Assembly (NCBI GenBank): GCA_951406725.2
Contig: OX597819.1
Span: 114,142,001 to 114,206,000 of the forward strand
Reading direction: 5' to 3'
Length of the DNA stretch: 64,000 bases
Origin: Octopus vulgaris
Taxonomy: Eukaryota
Shown here: one piece after another, positions 1-12,207 of the stretch
Position numbering within the stretch: position 1 is the first letter of the stretch
Layout: the number at the start of each line of letters is the position of its first letter
The notes under the pieces: model-generated
Databases searched by the model: none
What the model saw: the letters and a program-made list of their open reading frames with translations, nothing else
What the model was told of the DNA's origin: nothing
Program-made: the position numbers and the translations under genes

Positions 1-300
1 AGTGTGGTCGTTGCTAGTGCCGCCTGACTGGCTCCCATGCTGGTGGTACATAAAAAGCACCATTCAAGCATGGTCGATGCCAGTACTACCTGACTGGCCC
101 TCATGCCAGTGGCTTGTAAAAAGCACCCACTACACTCTCGGAGTGGTTGGCATTAGGAAGGGCATCCAGCTGTAGAAACTTTGCCAGATCAGACTGGAGC
201 CTGGTGCGGCCTTCTGGCTTGCCAGCCCTCTGTCAAACCGTCCAACCCATGCCTGCATGGAAAGCGGACATTAAACAACGACGATGATGATGATGATGAT
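1..300 (+). mobile_element. 5'-truncated RTE LINE 3' UTR (family C) with internal ~60-bp repeats and (GAT)n tail
   Basis: ...ggcattaggaagggcatccagctgtagaaac...aaaccgtccaacccatg...ttaaac(GAT)n. The same module recurs many times in the window and is joined to the RTE ORF2 end at 54593-55145. Confidence 0.8.
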
Positions 301-627
301 CCAAGGCTCCTTCATTGGAATTTCAACAACAGCAACAGGATGTTTTTGCATGTATTCGTGTATATATGCCATAGTTGGGGTCTTTGCATGTGCAGATTTG
401 TATGTTTTGTTTTATGCATTCTCATGCGTATAGTTGCATGTGTAGACATGCATATATACTTAAACAATGTATGTCTGTACGTATTATGCATTACACTTAA
501 ATGCAATACACTTCACCAGAATCTTTTGACTCAGGTACCTTCCATTTCAAGTCTTTGTAAGAATATCTGTGTAAACGAAGCAAAGACAGGCTGGATTGTG
601 ATGGCATGCAAGCATATATTATATAAT

Positions 628-990
628 AACAAGAGAACTCAGAGAGAGCAAACCTCCATCAAGGCAACATCAATGTCCTCTCAATGATTAGCTGGAGATG
701 ATTTTTAAAATGAGAATATCTGAAATAAACTCGACTGATCTCACAAACGAGAATACTAAAAATGAACTTGACTGCTCTCAAAAATTAAGTAAAATAACCA
801 GAAAAATAATCCAGAATCCTTGTCTGGTACTGGATCGATGCCAAAATCTAATCAGTTTGTGCCAGTCATGAGGCCAAACATCCCTGAAAGTTTCATCTGA
901 ATCCATCCAGCAGTTCTTGAGATATCTTGTCCACGGACAAACAAACACGACTGAAAACAATACCTCTGCCTTCACTAAGGCAGAGGTAAT
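628..990 (-). mobile_element. Helentron/HINE-like non-autonomous element
   Basis: Sub-terminal inverted repeats acctcc(at)caagg / aaggcagaggt; terminal hairpin acctctgcctt-cact-aaggcagaggt; near-identical partial copy at 48845-49145. Confidence 0.55.
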
Positions 991-1736
991 AAAGTCAAAC
1001 CAAATATTGATATTTTGATTGCATTTAATAAGCATATTTCAGGAGAAAAATTTCTTTACTTGGATAATTACCTGAAACACGTGCATTAAATGCATTCAAA
1101 ATATCAATATTTCAATATTTGACATTATGTTGTGTGTGTGTGTGTGTGTGTATGTGCGTGTGTGTGTGGATGCGAGCACATTTCTGTGTGTTTGTGTGAG
1201 TGTATGTTTGCATATATGTCATATATATTGTTATATATTGTCATTCATTAATACTGATTTCCATCCACACTTTTGTTGCACATCTCCACCCCCATCCCCA
1301 CTGTGCCACCATACTATTTCTCCAAACCTCCACACCCACCATACATCCTGCCCTTCTCATACACTGCATCTGCCTCACTTTGCTACCAACTCCTGCAACA
1401 TACCCACGCATATGTCATTTCCCTTTCTCCCCCATGTTTACCCTACCATCATTTTATTCTACTGCCCTGCTCTACCAGACATTCTCTACTTCACACACTC
1501 ACTCCTAGCAACCCTGCTCAACCTATTCTTACCCATCTTGTACCTTGAAGGCCCACTCTGACAGGCCTTCACCATACATATTGCTTCCCAACTTCCTGCC
1601 TCTCTTCTAAAATGTGCGTAGTCATTGTTGCTCCCCCACAGCAAGAAACATATTCTGCTCTGGCCCTTTCTCACATACCTTACCCATCTTTACTATCCTC
1701 CTAGCATAAAGTTCCCTCTCCTCATTCAGGATCCAT

Positions 1737-2034
1737 GTGGAGGCACATGGCCTAGTGGTTAGAGTAGCAGACTCACAGTCGAGGGATTGCAGGTTCGAAT
1801 CTCAGACTGGGTAATGTGTGTGTTTATGAGTGAAACACCTAAGCTCCACATGGCTCCGGCCGAAGGTAATGGCGAACTTCTGCTGACTCTTTCACCACAA
1901 CTTTCTCCCACTCTTTCCTCCTGCATCTTGCAGCTCACCTGCGACAGACTGACGTTCCATCCAGGTGGGGAACCTATATGCGAAGGAAACCAGGAAACCG
2001 GTCCTATGAGCCCTATGGCTCAAGAATGAACAAA
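1737..2034 (+). mobile_element. tRNA-derived SINE (family D), full length with 14-bp TSD
   Basis: A box tggcctagtgg, B box ggttcgaatc; TSD cattcaggatccat at 1723-1736 and 2035-2048; interrupts an older family-C-type element that resumes at 2049. Confidence 0.85.
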
Positions 2035-2346
2035 CATTCAGGATCCATAGCCTTGCAAGTTGCATAGCAACCTCAAAAGTGCTGGTGTCATGAAAAAAAG
2101 CTCCCAGTACACACTGTAAAGTGGTTGGTATTAGGAAGGGCATCCAGTCAGCCATAGGAACCATGCCAAACAAACACTGGAGCATGATGTGGTCCTTGGG
2201 CCCATCAGAACCTGTCAAACCATCCAACCCATGTCAGCATAGAACGCAGATATTAAAAGGTGATGGGGGAACAATAATGCTGCGAGGGAGCAACAATGAC
2301 TACTCACATTTTAGAGGAAAGGTAATGATTGTGGAGACAGTGGAAG

Positions 2347-2660
2347 CATTGCCACCATACCATCACTAGTAACATTGAAATCATTAATAATACAACCATA
2401 TGGAATCAATGAAAGAGCCAGAGCATCTAGTAATCACTTGATTTACTAGAAGTAGCAGGCAAATCATTCTCAAATTCTACCCCATTATTGTAGAACATAT
2501 TGCTAATGTGGTCCAGCAGAGAGCACTGTGCCTTAAAAAAAAACAACCCAGGACTGCCCTTAATTATATGCTTGTTTGATCGTGTGTGCTTTCAAGGTTT
2601 TCAAGATGAAACTGGGTTTCTTTAAGTGGAGAAATGTGAGCAATGTTTACTCACATGGGT
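2347..2660 (+). repeat. Direct duplication, copy 1 (copy 2 at 4874-5185)
   Basis: ~310 bp align co-linearly (cattgccac...ctcacatgggt), roughly 90% identical by eye. Confidence 0.9.
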
Positions 2661-2805
2661 TGGGAAGTGATCTATATGGTGAAGAGATGTCAGAGTGGAC
2701 CTTCAAGGTGCGTGATGGGTAGGAATGGGTTGAGCGGGGTTGGTAGGAGCGAGTGTATGGAGTAGAGAATATCTGGTGGTGCAGGACAGTAGAATAAAAT
2801 TAAAG

Positions 2806-3020
2806 TGGTGAGCTGGCAGAATCATTAGCATGTTGGATGAAATGCTTAGCAGTATTTCATCCGTTACTATGTTCTGAGTTCAAATTCCGCTGAGGTTGAC
2901 TTTGCCTTTCATCCTTTCGTGGTTGATAAATAAAGTACCTGTGAAGCACTAGGATCAATGTAATCAACTATCCCCCTCCCCCAACTTTCAGGTCTTGTGC
3001 CTATAATTGAAAGGATTAAA
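2806..3020 (+). mobile_element. tRNA-derived SINE (family B)
   Basis: gagctggcagaatcattagc...gagttcaaattccgc...gactttgcctttcatcctttc...gataaataaagtacc. Other copies at ~12625-12840, 13825-14032(-), 14772-15142 (two), 17095-17485(-, two), 41270-41466, 57411-57645, 58755-58945, 61415-61830 (two). Confidence 0.8.
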
Positions 3021-3285
3021 TGTTGATGGTGATGACGATGATGATGATGTATAAATGCAAAATTGGTGACAAAACATTTAAACAAAGTCAAACAGGATTG
3101 TTAAAGGTTGATGTTATGCTAGAGAAATAGAAACATGTTTTTTATGTTTCAAGTTTAATCCCTTCTTTTTAAAAGACAGAAATAAAGAAAGGAACAGAAA
3201 AGAGAGAAACCAGGAGTATTGTAAAGTGTAAGGGGTGTCCCAGCAGTAAGGCAAAAGTGGGGAACCTAAGTTTTTTATTAACTGA

Positions 3286-3515
3286 CACAGGCTGTTCAAA
3301 TTTCCTGTGTTGGTAGATAAAGTCTTTCTTTATAGAAAAGTACTGCTCAACATAGCCTCTGCCACAAGTGATGCATTTGTGCCATCATCGAACCCAGCTT
3401 TCAAATTGTTTTTGAAAAAACTCAGGGGTGCACTTTTGTATCTGTTTCTTGACAGCCATTTTCACCTCATCTTTGTCATCAAATCACTATCCCTGAAGAC
3501 TGTCTTTCATTGGAC
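3286..3515 (-). mobile_element. Mariner transposase C-terminal relic with a putative TIR
   Basis: Minus strand translates PMKDSLQG**FDDKDEVKMAVKKQIQKCTPEFFQKQFESWVR*WHKCITCGRGYVE, a typical mariner C-terminus. Confidence 0.6.
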
Positions 3516-3783
3516 TGCTGCTGCAGCAGCAGTGGTAGTAATAGTGGTGGTGGTTTTGGTGGTAGAGGTGAGGATGAAGTAATGATAGCAGTTATGGTAG
3601 TGGCAACAGTAGTAGTAGTAGTAGTTGATGGTGGTGGTGGTGGTGGTGGCAGTTGGTGTAAGTAAAGTGAGGGTGATTTAGCAGCAACAAATTCCATTAT
3701 CACATTAGACACACCCACCTCTCAATATACATGCATACACACACACGCACACACACACACACACATGCACACACACACGCACA

Positions 3784-3948
3784 CAAATGCTTATGCAAAC
3801 ACAGATATACATATATGTGCATGCACACATAGATACACACTCATAAACTTGCACACACATACACACACACGCATGTGCACTCAAATGCTTATGCAAACAC
3901 AGATATACATATATGTGCATACAAACATAGATACACACACATAAACTT

Positions 3949-3980
<32 letters not shown>
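3784..3980. repeat. Two-copy ~98-bp tandem repeat within CA-rich DNA
   Basis: caaatgcttatgcaaacacagatatacatatatgtgcat at 3784 and 3882. Confidence 0.8.
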
Positions 3981-3983
<3 letters not shown>

Positions 3984-4314
3984 CTTACAAACATACATAA
4001 ACATGAACATAGATTTCCGTGCACATCAGTAGTTGATGATTGACCTGTGATAATTAACCAGATTAATTTAAAGCACATTCATACAAACGCCCACCCCATT
4101 TATTGTCTGTGTTTTTTTTTTGTTAGTGGGTATGTTTATGTTGCTGTTGTTTGTGTTGTTGTTGTTCTTTGTACTTTTGTTTGTGTTTTTATCTGTGTTT
4201 ACATCTTTGTTTTTCACTCCTTGCATTTTGTACACTAATTACTGACCTAAAGAATGAGCACTTAATTATAATGTAGAATGGTGCAGCATTTGTGTTTGAT
4301 TTCTCCACCTTGGA

Positions 4315-4900
4315 AAACTATCACCACCACCACCATTACAACCACCACCATAACATCCATCATTGTTACAACTACCACCACTACCACAACAACTGCCATC
4401 ACTACCACTGTCACTACTAGAAAATTCCCTAGCTTCCACCATCACTACTACCACAGCAGCACTGACATCAACAATAACACAGTCACCACCAACAACAACC
4501 ACTACCACCACCTTAATATTCGCTGCTATTACAGCTTCCACTACCTCCATCACCACCACCACCACCACCATCGCCTCATTAATAGCCCTGACATCATCAA
4601 CAACACAGCCACCACCACCACCACCACCACCATCATCACTATCACTGCTTCCACTGCCTCCACAATCATTATCACCTTCAATGAAATCATAACTATGGTC
4701 ACTGCCACCACCACCACCTCATGTATAACACTGACATCATTAACAACACAACCATAAACATCACCACCACATCCTTCACAACCACTATCACCATGACCAC
4801 CACTAACACCACCATCACATTGACTATAACCATCACCATCACCACCATCACAATGACTATAACCACCATCATCCATTGCCACAATACCATCACAAGTAAC
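4315..4900. repeat. Cryptic (CAC/CAT/AAC)n trinucleotide low-complexity tract
   Basis: Poly-T/H/P and poly-V/M pseudo-ORFs in several frames on both strands. Confidence 0.9.
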
Positions 4901-5185
4901 ATTGAAATCATTAATAATACAACCATATGGAATCAATGAAAGAGCCAGAGCATCTAGCAATCACTTGATTTGCTAGAAATAGCAGGCAAATCACTCTCAA
5001 ATTATACCCCATTATTGTAGAACATATTGCTAGTGTGGTCCAGCAGAGAGCACTGTGCCTTAAAAAAAAACAAGGAATGCCCTTAATTATATGCTTGTTT
5101 GATCATGTGTGGTCACAAGGTTTTCAAGATGAAACTGGGTTTCTTTAATTGAAGAAATGTGAGCAATGTTTATACTCACATGGGT
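4874..5185 (+). repeat. Direct duplication, copy 2 (copy 1 at 2347-2660)
   Basis: Co-linear with 2347-2660. Confidence 0.9.
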
Positions 5186-5649
5186 GCACATGAACTTTGC
5201 AAAGAAGGACAAAATTTGCACATAGTGCAATTTCTGCACACACCCACAGCAAAAAAGAAAAAAAATTTAGGGGAACACTGGCTATTACTACTTAACTACT
5301 TAATCTTCATACACTTATTTTTTACATGCTAATTGTACATAATAGTGTTAATGTGTGCAATTACACTTAGGATTAATAATACCTACACGCATGTACAAAC
5401 AGAAACACACATATATATAGATGCCGTATTCTTGTGTACAAACACACATGCACATGGTCATACTTACACATACAAACACACACAAACTCATATACATAAC
5501 CATACTCGCTCACACGAACACACATATATACATATACACATTCATATTTAGATTCAGATGAATATGGTACTTAAGTTGAGGTATTATCCATAAAATTTCA
5601 AAGTAAGGTGATTAAAAGCAAAATAAGCAACAAGGATATCCAGAAGTAA

Positions 5650-5736
5650 TGCAGTATGATCGTTTCATGCAACTCCATTTAATTGAACAATGCAATCATT
5701 ACATCAGTTTAAAATGCAGAGCAATCCTCAGTTGCA
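5650..5736 (-). ncRNA. Type-I hammerhead ribozyme motif, decayed
   Basis: Minus strand: ugcaa-CUGAGGA-[uugcucugcauuu...aaauggaguugcau]-GAAAC-GAUC-AUA-cugca; GUA is changed to AUA, consistent with CpG decay. Confidence 0.65.
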
Positions 5737-6114
5737 CAAAGACATAGAATTTTATTACATTAAAACAGATAGACACATTAGTATAATTATATCTAACATC
5801 TCCAAGAAGTGAAAGAGATAGACAAAGAACATGCTACCTTCACCCCAGCATAGAAGCTACTAAGGTATCAAGAAGATATACATTGTTACAGACTCTGCCT
5901 GTCACTGATTTTTTTTTTGTTTTTATGGGGTCAGTTTTTAATTCATAGACTAGTTTATCAAATCCTTGTATATCTAAGGCTGAGAGAACAAAGGGGAAAT
6001 ATCTGTTAGGGGTAGGGCTGAGGGAGCAGACAGAAATCATAGCTGGTATAGTCATAAAAATCAAGATTTATTAGAAGCAATATCATGATGTTAGCTGACA
6101 AGACTTCCCGTTTC

Positions 6115-6146
<32 letters not shown>

Positions 6147-6789
6147 ATGCACATATATTTATGTGTTTGTGTCTGTATTTGCCCCTCCCCCACACCACCA
6201 TTTCTTGACATCCAATGTTGGTATGTTTGTGTCCCCATAACTTAGCTGCTTGGCAGAAGATACTGATAGAATAAGCACCAGGCTTGCTTACAGGGAATAA
6301 GTCCAGGGGTTGATTTCTTTGACTAAAGGGTGGTACTCCAGCATGGCCACCGTCAAATGACTGAAACAAGTAAAAGAATAAAAGAATACCAGAAGAACAT
6401 TCCATACCACTAAACCAAGAAGGTTCTTTGAATATGTATGATGTATTTTAAGGCTAAATAGTAATTCTGTTTACGTTTGAGTAACTAAGACATTTTGGTT
6501 GGATTACATGGTTATCAGATTTACACTTCTTTCTATATTCTGTAACTGTCACAATATAGCAACATTTCTCATGGCACCAGTACACAATTTACTGATCATC
6601 ATCATCATCATCATCATCGTTTAACGTCCGTTTTCCGCGCTAGCATGGGTTGGACGGTTCGACCGGGGTCTGGGAAGCCAGGGCTGCACCAGGCTCCAGT
6701 CTGATCTGGCAGTGTTTCTACAGCTGGATGCCCTTGTATACATTTTTTAATGTTTACTGAAAAATTTTTACTGGTTAATTATAATAATC

Positions 6790-7490
6790 TTTTATTTAAT
6801 TATTATATAATCAGGTTAATTTCTATTAAAGTGCTTAATATAATGAGTAAGTAATTAGTTATAACAATGTAAAGTATCTAAGTTACAATTAAGCATGATT
6901 TAGAATTCTTGTCTATAATTTTTATTCTTTTAATTATCCACCAAGATCATCAAGAATTGTATATATTATTAATTGTAGTAATTTTTCAATTATTATATAA
7001 TAATATTAATTCCTAATTATAGGTTTAATATTAAAATGAATAGGTATTTAATTATCATATCTGTTATTTTTATTCCTTAGTTATCTAGCATATTGATCAA
7101 TAATTGTATATATTATTATTAATTATAATAATTTTTCAATTATTATATTATAAGGTTAATTCCTATATAAGAGTTTATTATTATAATGAATAAATAGATA
7201 TTTGGTTATCTTTTCTGTAATTTCTATTTTTTAATTATCCAGTGAGATCCTTGGTGGTTGTGTATGTTGTTAAATATAATAATTCTTCAGTTATTATAAA
7301 ATAAGTTTAATTCCTATAGAAAGGTTTATTATATTAGGTAAATAAATAGGTAATTAATTATTGTGATGTAAAGTATGTAAGTTTCTATTAAGTAGAATTA
7401 TTATCTGTAGTTTTTATTCTTAAGTTATCTATTAAACTTAGCATAGAATTCTTGTTTGCAGTTTTTGTTCTTTAGATATCCAGTGACATC
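6790..7490. repeat. Diverged AT-rich tandem repeat, ~150-190-bp units, ~4 copies
   Basis: ttattata..aggttaattcctat and tttttattctttaattatcca motifs recur at roughly 150-190-bp spacing. Confidence 0.65.
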
Positions 7491-7835
7491 AATTTTAGTA
7501 GATAAATATACTTGTTTTCTGTGCTAGGTTTTTTTAATTTTTTTAAGTAGATTTTACATTGTTAAAAACTATGGAATTAATATGGTATTTTTTATATTTT
7601 TATAAACTAAATTATTTATTCACTGACGTCACACTTGGTTGAGTGAATGAATGTCTAAAGTTAAATTTGGTTTGGTGTTTCTTTTTGCTAGCATTTTTTT
7701 AACAGCTAAAATTTGTTCAGTTAGAATTTCACCAATTTGGATTACCTTGATAATGTTGTGTTGACATAAATTTTCATACATATTATTAATTTTAATAATA
7801 TGTATATTTATATTTATAATTATATGTGTATATAC

Positions 7836-8053
7836 TCTTTTACTTGTTTCAGTCATGTTGACTGTGGCCATGCTGGAGCACCGCATTTAGTCGAGCAAAT
7901 CGACCCTAGGACTTATTCTCTGTAAACCTAGTACTTATTCTATCGTACTCTTTTGCCGAACCGCTAAGTAACGGGGACGTAAACACACCAGCATCGGTTG
8001 TCAAGCGATGTTGGGGGTGGGGGGCAAACACAGACACACAAACATATACACGC

Positions 8054-8090
<37 letters not shown>

Positions 8091-8255
8091 TACGACTGGC
8101 TTCTTTCAGTTTCTGTCTACCAAATCCACTCACAAGGCTCTGGCCTGCCCAAGGCTATAGTAGAAGACACTTGCCCAAGGTGCCATGCAATGGGACTGAA
8201 CCTGGAACCATGCAGTTCATAAGCAAGCTACTTACCACACAGCCACTCCTATGCA
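7836..8255 (-). mobile_element. tRNA-derived SINE (family A), full length, with central (TA)n/(TG)n
   Basis: Reverse complement of ggctgtgtggtaagtagcttgc...ggttcagtccca...gactgaaacaagtaaaaga. Other full copies 10987-11372, 16645-17015, 46127-46533, 47909-48311(-), 63624-64000, plus many half copies. Confidence 0.85.
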
Positions 8256-8350
8256 TATATATATTCAGAGTGGAGCCTGGTGCAGTCTCCTGGCTTCCCA
8301 GACCCCGGTCAAACCGTCCAACCCATGCTAGCATGGAAAATGGATGATGA

Positions 8351-8396
<46 letters not shown>

Positions 8397-8508
8397 GTAT
8401 GTGTGTATCAACTCATTTTTGCAAGATTCCTAATGTGAAATCATGTGTTGAAACAGATAGTGTTGTATTTCAGGATGGTCATTTTTTTTTTTGCCAAATA
8501 AACACACG

Positions 8509-8569
<61 letters not shown>

Positions 8570-8731
8570 CTTAACTCATTTATTACTGTTCGTATTTTGT
8601 TATTCTAACTCCACTTACTCTAATGGAGTAAGTGGAGCAAGAACACACTTGAAAACAAAAAGTGTCGCTCAAGAGGTCACAGATGTGTGACAAAATATTT
8701 CCATCAATGGACATGAGTTAAAATAAGAAAT

Positions 8732-8762
<31 letters not shown>

Positions 8763-9089
8763 CGATGGACTTCTTTCAGTTTCTGTCTACCAAGTCCACT
8801 CACAAGGCTTTGGTCTGCTCAAGGCTATATTGGACAACACTTGGCCAAGGTGCCATGCAGTGAGACAGAACCCAGAACCATGTGGTTCATAAGCAAACTA
8901 CTTACCACACAGCCACTCCTATATATGTGTGTGTGTGCATGTGTGTATAAATTTATGCATACATACACACAAACATATATATTAATGCATAAACATAAAT
9001 GCACAACATAGCCATGCAGCTGTTGGAAAATATTTTGTGCCAGCTTTTGAGTATTTTATTCATGAGAACTTTGTCGTGTTTTTGGCACT

Positions 9090-10140
9090 ATATAATGATG
9101 ATGACAATGGTGGTGACAATGGTGATGATGATGATGATGATGATGACAATGACATTTGTGATGATGGTGGTGGTGGTGGTGGTGGTAATGATTGCTGTAG
9201 TGGTGGTGCTCATGATGATGAAACTGATATTGTTGGTGATAGTGGAGATGGAGATGATAATAATAATGATGATGATAGTGGCGGCAACAATATTGATAGT
9301 CATGGTGGTAGTGATGGTGGTGACAGTAATGACGTTAATGATAATGATGCCAATTACAATGGCGGTGGTGATGAAGATGAGAATGGTGGTGGTGGTGGTG
9401 ATGACAGTGGCAACCATATTCATGAGGTTGATGGTGACGATGATATCGGTAGCATTGGTAGTGTTGGTGGTGATGTTGGTAGTGTTGGTATGATGATGAT
9501 GATAATGGCAACGATGATGATGATTGTGGTGGTAGTGGTGATGATGATGATGATGATTGTGGTGGTGGTGGTGGTGGTGGTGGTGATGATGATGGTGATG
9601 ATGACAACGATGATAAAGATTGTGGTACTGGTGCTGGTGGTGATGATGATGATGATGGTAGAAATTGTGATGATGATATTGATGGTGATGCTAATGAGTA
9701 TTAAAGTGTTATTGATGATGTTACTGTTGTTGTTTTCCTTGTTGTTTTGTTGTTGCCACTTAATGCTGATATCAATTGTTATCAATATTGCTGCAGTAGC
9801 AGTAATAGTAGCAGCAGCAACAACAACAACTGCAACAGCAGCAACAAAAACAAGTAGTAGTAGTAGTAGTTGCTATATTTGTCAACTAGTTCTTTTGGTC
9901 TGGTGATTTTTTTCTCTGTTTTGTTGTGGTTGATGCTGTTGTTGTTGTTGTTGATGCTGTTGTTGTTGTTTACTGTGGTTGTAGTTGTTGTTAGGCAGAC
10001 ATGTCATGCATGACAGAGACTGAAAAGTTAATGCCAATGAATAAACACAATGATTGTGATGTTGATGATGATGATGATGATGGTGGAAGTGGTGGTGGTG
10101 GTGGCGGTGGCGGCGATGGTGGTGGTGGTGATAATGATGA

Positions 10141-10171
<31 letters not shown>

Positions 10172-10215
10172 TGTGATGCTAGTGATGTTGATGATGATGA
10201 TGATTATGAATGTGA
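9090..10215. repeat. (GAT/GGT/GTT)n low-complexity tract
   Basis: Poly-D/G/M/V pseudo-ORFs whose register switches; no domain. Confidence 0.9.
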
Positions 10216-10316
10216 TGATGACATGGTAGAGAAGAGATAGTCAAGGTGTTATCGATTGACTTACTGCAACTTACACAAAATAATTCATGGTCCATAATTT
10301 ACTGAGAAATAACACT

Positions 10317-10347
<31 letters not shown>

Positions 10348-10613
10348 CCATTGCTTTTGCTAAATATTAATAATATTAATAATGTGTCCGTGTGTGTGTG
10401 TGTATGTATATTACACTCACGGAGTGGTTGGCATTAGGAAGGGCATCCAGCCGTAGAAACACTGCCAGATCAGACTGGAGCCTGGTGCAGCCTCCGGGCT
10501 TCCCAGACCCCGGTCGAACCGTCCAACCCATGCTAGCATGGAGAACGGACGCTAAATGATGATGATGATGATGATGATGATATATATATACACATACATA
10601 TACCTTTTTATAT

Positions 10614-10660
<47 letters not shown>

Positions 10661-10679
10661 AGAATGCTCCCTAGAAGTA

Positions 10680-10872
10680 GCTATTGTTATTAGGTGACCT
10701 TAGAAACAGTAGAGTTAGGAGCTCCAACAGCATAGTAAATCCAAGGTAGAACAGGTTGGAGAAAGTTGAAGCTCCTATCACCTCTGCTTGCAGCATAGAG
10801 TGAAGGACCAGATTGTATGATGCTTGTGTATTAAGGTCAATGTCACATAATAGCAAGACTTGGACATTGAAT
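10680..10872 (+). mobile_element. RTE LINE ORF2 relic
   Basis: Frameshifted GWRK...LYDACVLRSMSHNSKTWTLN, matching the RTE LYDACVRxAMLHGSETW motif. Confidence 0.65.
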
Positions 10873-10986
10873 TTACTAATGGTTATAAAAGAAGTGAAAC
10901 AGAATCAGTGTGTGTATATTATTGGCAAAATTACCCTTCCAAGATACAACAAAAAGTGTATTGATGATTTATTACATGTGTTCTCT

Positions 10987-11372
10987 GTGACTTTGTGGTA
11001 AGAAGTGTGCTTTCCAAGCACATGGTTCCAGGTTCATTCTGACCATGTGGCACTTTGGGCAAGTGTCTTCTTTTATAGCCTTGGGCTGACCATAGCCTTG
11101 AGAGTGGATTTGGAAGATGGAAACTGAAAGAAGCCCATCATGTGTGTGTCTTTGTGTCTGTGTTTGTCCCTTAGCACTTCTTGACATCCAGTGTTGGTGT
11201 GTTTACATCCCTGTAACATAGTGGTACAGCAAAAGACACCAATGGAATAAGTCACAGGCTTTAAAAGAATAAGTCCTGAGGTATCAATTTATTTAACTAA
11301 AACTTCTTCAAGGCAGTGCCCCATCATGGCCACAGTCAAATGACTGAAACAGGTAGATGCCAAAAGATAAAA
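10987..11372 (+). mobile_element. SINE family A, full length
   Basis: Head tgtggtaagaag...ggttcattc; tail catggccacagtcaaatgactgaaac. Confidence 0.8.
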
Positions 11373-11407
11373 AAATTACAGATTTGTATGGAATTACCAA
11401 GTTTATA

Positions 11408-11642
11408 TTCTTTTACTTGTTTCAGTCATTTGACTGTGGCCATGCTGGAGCACCACCTTTAATCAAACAAATCAACCCCAGGACTTATTCTTTGTAAGCC
11501 TAGTAACGTATTCTATCGGTCACTTTTGCCAAACCACTAAGTTACAGGGATGTAAACACACAAGCATCGATTGTCAAGCGATGGTGGGGGGACAAACACA
11601 CACATACAAACGTATACACACACACAGACATATATACATACA

Positions 11643-11682
<40 letters not shown>

Positions 11683-12014
11683 CATACATATATATTTGTT
11701 TTGAGATTTTAAATTCCTGGATTTTCCTGAAGAGAAAGCTGCAGAATGGTCTCCTTATTCAATCCGAATTTGGGAATTTGCAGCCTTTGAAACATGTGTA
11801 GAAAATAATAAAAAGGAATTTTGTAGAATCTTCGTTCGGCTCCATTTCTTCCCTTCACTAAATATATAAAACTTCAATTATCCGCGCTAAAGCACGGGGC
11901 GAAACCCCATGGTCATAACCTCAACCGTGTCTTTTCTGGTGTGATTTTTGCTACACAGGTATCGGTTAAATTTTGAATAATCCGTAACAAGATAATTCAT
12001 TTATCCATTTCATT

Positions 12015-12053
<39 letters not shown>

Positions 12054-12207
12054 TACATACATACATATACATACATGACAGCCTCTTTCAGTTTCTGTTT
12101 ACTAAATCCACTTACATGCCTTTGGTCGACCTGCGGCCATAGTAAAAGAACCCAGAACCATATTGTTGGTAAGCAAGTTACTTACCACTCAACCACTACT
12201 GTGCCTA
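11408..12207 (-). mobile_element. SINE family A split by a ~320-bp hammerhead-bearing insert (11697-12015)
   Basis: 3' half at 11408-11620 and 5' half at 12075-12207; the insert sits in the central TA/TACA microsatellite. Confidence 0.75.
11711..11821 (+). ncRNA. Type-I hammerhead ribozyme, apparently intact (likely Penelope-like LTR/retrozyme-derived)
   Basis: Stem I attttc(11721-26)/gaaaat(11801-06) extended by aaattcct/aggaattt; CUGAAGA 11727-33; stem II gaaagctgcaga...tttgcagccttt; GAAA 11789-92; C-AUGU-G; GUA cleavage triplet 11798-11800. Confidence 0.85.

Noticed and set aside
1737-1810. tRNA gene
   Set aside because: tRNA-like head continues into a SINE body with a TSD; other tRNA-like heads in the window are likewise SINE parts.
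4266-4960. Poly-Thr/His/Pro ORFs
   Set aside because: Cryptic CAC/CAT repeats open in most frames.
8609-8637. Perfect 12-bp hairpin ctccacttactc/gagtaagtggag
   Set aside because: Right arm runs into a decayed SINE fragment; probably a small local fold-back with no sign of function.
9037-9906. 289-aa ORF (D/G-rich then M/V-rich)
   Set aside because: Translation of GAT/GGT repeats; register switches midway and overlapping ORFs exist in several frames and both strands.
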